NCBI GenBank assembly: GCA_963678315.1
Contig: OY782781.1
Coordinates: forward strand, 800,001-864,000
Direction of reading: 5' to 3'
DNA length: 64,000 nucleotides
Origin: Candidatus Cloacimonadales bacterium
GTDB lineage: Bacteria; Cloacimonadota; Cloacimonadia; Cloacimonadales; JAFGVF01
Notes under the pieces: model-generated
Told to the model about the DNA's origin: nothing
Database searches by the model: none
What the model saw: the letters and a program-made list of their open reading frames with translations, nothing else
Translations under genes and position numbers: made by a program
Shown: positions 61,231-64,000 of the stretch, one piece after another
How positions within the stretch are numbered: the first letter of the stretch is position 1
Layout: each line of letters starts with the position of its first letter

Positions 61231-62508
61231 ATGACACAACTACAACAAGCATTAAATGGTGTTATAACACCAGAAATGAAGACAGTAGCAAAAAATGAAA
61301 ATAGAAGCCCGGAATATATAAGAGACGAAGTTGCAAAGGGAAGAATTGTTATTCCTAAAAATATTAACCATAACTTCTCAGCTGTAGGTATTGGACTTGG
61401 ACTTAAAACTAAAGTCAATTCTAATATTGGTACTTCTGAAAAACACTGCTTTCCTGAAGAAGAACTAGAAAAACTACATACTTCAGTAAAATATGGAGCA
61501 GATAGTATCATGGACCTTTCTACTGGCGGTAACCTAACTGAAATATTAACTAATATCGTTAACAACTCTCCTATCATGGTGGGAACTGTTCCTATATATT
61601 CTGTAATGAGCAGACTCTTTGCAGAAGAGAAAGGATTCTTTGATATGACTGCAGACCTTCTCTTTGAAGAGATAGAAAATCATGCTAAGATTGGTGTGGA
61701 TTTCATAACTGTTCATTGTGGAATTACTAAGCAAAGTGTTGCTATGTATGAAACTTCTGAAAGACTTATGGGTATTGTTTCTAGAGGTGGTTCACTGATT
61801 AAACAATGGATGAAAAACCATAAAGCAGAAAACCCTCTTTATGAACAATACGATAGACTTCTGGAAATATGCTCTAAATACGATGTAACTCTTTCATTAG
61901 GTGATGGCATGAGACCTGGTGCTCAAAGAGATGCTAGCGATAGAGGGCAAATGGCTGAATTGCTTGTACTTGGTGAACTAGTTGATAGAGCTAGAGCTAA
62001 AGGTGTGCAAGTCATGGTTGAAGGTCCGGGGCATGTTCCTCTTGACCAAGTAGAAATGAATGTTAAAATCATGAAATCTGTATGTAAAGAAGCTCCTTTC
62101 TATGTTCTAGGACCACTGGTAACAGATATCGCTTCAGGATATGACCACATTGTAGGTGCTATTGGTGGAGCTATTGCAGCTGGAGCTGGGGTAGACTTCT
62201 TATGCTATGTTACTCCTGCTGAACACCTTTGCCTTCCTAATGCTGACGATGTAAAACAAGGAATCATGGCTACTAGAATTGCAGCTCATGCCGGCGATAT
62301 CGTAAAGAAAATACCAGGAGCTATTGAACAAGATCATATCGTTTCTAAAGCTAGAAGAGAATTCGACTGGGAAACAATATATAATAATTCTATCGACCCA
62401 GATTTAGCAAGAGAAAGAAAAGAAACTTCCGAGTCAAAAGACGATGATTACTGCACTATGTGCGGTAAACTATGCGCTGTTAGAACCGACCGCGGAGAAA
62501 ATGATTAA
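61231..62508 (+). CDS. thiC: Phosphomethylpyrimidine synthase
   Basis: MDLSTGG, SRGGS, LSLGDGMRPG, EGPGHVP, YVTPAEHL and CTMCGKLC motifs. Confidence 0.96.
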   Translation: MTQLQQALNGVITPEMKTVAKNENRSPEYIRDEVAKGRIVIPKNINHNFSAVGIGLGLKTKVNSNIGTSEKHCFPEEELEKLHTSVKYGADSIMDLSTGGNLTEILTNIVNNSPIMVGTVPIYSVMSRLFAEEKGFFDMTADLLFEEIENHAKIGVDFITVHCGITKQSVAMYETSERLMGIVSRGGSLIKQWMKNHKAENPLYEQYDRLLEICSKYDVTLSLGDGMRPGAQRDASDRGQMAELLVLGELVDRARAKGVQVMVEGPGHVPLDQVEMNVKIMKSVCKEAPFYVLGPLVTDIASGYDHIVGAIGGAIAAGAGVDFLCYVTPAEHLCLPNADDVKQGIMATRIAAHAGDIVKKIPGAIEQDHIVSKARREFDWETIYNNSIDPDLARERKETSESKDDDYCTMCGKLCAVRTDRGEND

Positions 62509-62573
62509 AAAAACTTGCCTAGAATTTATCTCTAATTTTCATGACTCTGTCTATTACTCATAAAGGAGATATC

Positions 62574-62888
62574 ATGACAGAAGAATTAAATAATAATGAA
62601 GTTGAAGTTGTTGATGAACCAATAACTCTTACCCTCACTCTTGAAAATGGGCAGGAATTAAAGTGCGAAGTTATCGGCACTCTTGAAGTTGATGGCAAAG
62701 ATTATATTGCTGTATTACCTGAAAATGAAGAAGATTTCTGGATTTACGAATATACAGAAAACGAAGACGAGACTCTTGATATCCAAAATATCGAAGATGA
62801 AGAGCTATTCCAAAAAGTTGGACATGCATTTGAAGAAATGTTTGATGCTGAATATGATGAAGATGAAGAAGCAGAAGACGAAGAATAA
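62574..62888 (+). CDS. DUF1292-family acidic protein
   Basis: EVDGKDYIAVLP...IEDEELFQKV pattern; ATG after AAGGAG. Confidence 0.8.
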   Translation: MTEELNNNEVEVVDEPITLTLTLENGQELKCEVIGTLEVDGKDYIAVLPENEEDFWIYEYTENEDETLDIQNIEDEELFQKVGHAFEEMFDAEYDEDEEAEDEE

Positions 62889-63027
62889 AATAGTTTATTC
62901 ATAACATAAATGTTAATTTAGACGTGAGAAATCACGTCTTTTTTTATTGTTGGAACAAAGAATCTAATAACAAAAAAAAGCTCCTGCGGACAGGAGCTTA
63001 AATATATATTTATAATTCTAACTAAGA

Positions 63028-63999
63028 TTATAGTCTTTTTAAAACATCATTCTCGACATTCAAAGCAAGAGTGTTTATTTCTTCATATAACTTGTTAGCT
63101 TTATCAGTTACTTCTTTTTTGAAAGCTTCATCTGTAATACTACCCATGTTGATAATAACATTTAAGTAAGCAGCTTTAGCTCCAGCATTAGCATTGATTG
63201 CAGCAACACCAGCATCAGAAAGAGCATTAGCATTACCTATTGTAGCCACTTTCTCTGACAAGCAAACAGCATCATAACAGATTTCTAGTGTTTTGAGAGG
63301 AACAAGGATGGCAGCTTGAGTTGCTTTTTCCATTGCTTCAGCTCTAAGTGCTTTTTCTTCATCAGTTTTCTTAGGAAGTCTCATTGCATCCATCATAACA
63401 TAGAAAGCTTGAGTATCTTCATCGATAGCAGCGATAGATCTTTCTTTGATAGCTTGACCTTCTTCAGCATACTTTCTTGCTTCATCTTGAACAAGCTCAT
63501 AACCTTTCTTATCAATAGTTAAGTTTGAAACCATAGCAGATAAGGCACCAGACATTGCTACACTGATAGCAGCCACTGAACCACCACCAGGAGCAGGAGA
63601 ATCAGTAGATAATTCATCTGTGAATTGAGTGATTGTCATGTTAGCTAAGTTATCACAATCAGCTATAGCGTATTCAATAACTTTTTTATCTAAATCGAAG
63701 TCTGTTAAATCATCTAAACCCATTGATTTAACAGCTGTTTCAAGAATCTTTCTTTCAGGAATACCTGCAGAGTCGCCCATTCTTCTTAAGTAATATTTAC
63801 CTGCTTGAATAAGTGCTTCTTTTGGTGTAAGTCCAACAAGTTCTGAACCAGTAACTTGGATGCCTTTAGCATTAGCTAATTCTCTAACTTTTTCAAGAAC
63901 TTCATGAACTGGAGTAATCTTGTAGTTAGTAAGGTTAATTGATATTTGAGCTCTATCATATTCATCGATGAACCAACCAACAGCTTTACATTCTTTGAA
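63028..63999 (-). CDS. ftcd: Bifunctional glutamate formiminotransferase/cyclodeaminase (5' part outside the window)
   Basis: The frame is open to the window edge: AQISINLTNY and GSELVGL, then the cyclodeaminase motifs SPAPGGGSVAA and GNANALSDAG. Confidence 0.9.
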   Translation of the reverse strand, partial: FKECKAVGWFIDEYDRAQISINLTNYKITPVHEVLEKVRELANAKGIQVTGSELVGLTPKEALIQAGKYYLRRMGDSAGIPERKILETAVKSMGLDDLTDFDLDKKVIEYAIADCDNLANMTITQFTDELSTDSPAPGGGSVAAISVAMSGALSAMVSNLTIDKKGYELVQDEARKYAEEGQAIKERSIAAIDEDTQAFYVMMDAMRLPKKTDEEKALRAEAMEKATQAAILVPLKTLEICYDAVCLSEKVATIGNANALSDAGVAAINANAGAKAAYLNVIINMGSITDEAFKKEVTDKANKLYEEINTLALNVENDVLKRL

Positions 64000-64000
64000 T

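Noticed and set aside
207..63522. Many short antisense or alternate-frame ORFs overlapping conserved genes
   Set aside because: Shadow ORFs of well-supported genes, with no independent evidence.

Overview
Low-GC bacterial chromosome segment. Five secreted proteins end in a FlgD-Ig/T9SS-like 'IYNxKGQ' C-terminal domain, and the window has an Rnf complex and a sulfide-type Thi4. This suggests an anaerobe, most likely Cloacimonadota (inference). 1-14.3 kb: tuf-rpmG-tRNA-Trp-secE-nusG-rplKAJL-rpoBC-rpsLG, ending without fusA. 14.3-28 kb: accessory zone with two IS1182 copies inserted into REP hairpins, a truncated UvrC homolog, RhuM, and an ECF-like sigma factor divergent from a tandem-duplicated surface-protein gene. 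28-46 kb: housekeeping genes (purC, mazG, nnr, nadC, RNase P RNA, rho, gpt, rnhC, rnfCDGEAB). 46.5-49.2 kb: a combinatorial REP-like array interrupted by an IS4. 49-64 kb: a B12-riboswitch uptake operon, a secreted protein with an in-frame UGA, ppx-DUF47-pit, a TPP-riboswitch thi4-thiE-thiC operon and a partial ftcd. Main findings: (1) a probable exported Omp28-like selenoprotein (W-U-P-Y-C plus a SECIS-like hairpin) that the ORF track truncates; (2) an L7/L12-CTD-like domain inserted in the RNA polymerase beta subunit; (3) a shuffled 24-module palindrome array and a ~20-nt motif found in the loops of unrelated hairpins; (4) IS1182 elements and a MITE that duplicate whole target hairpins.
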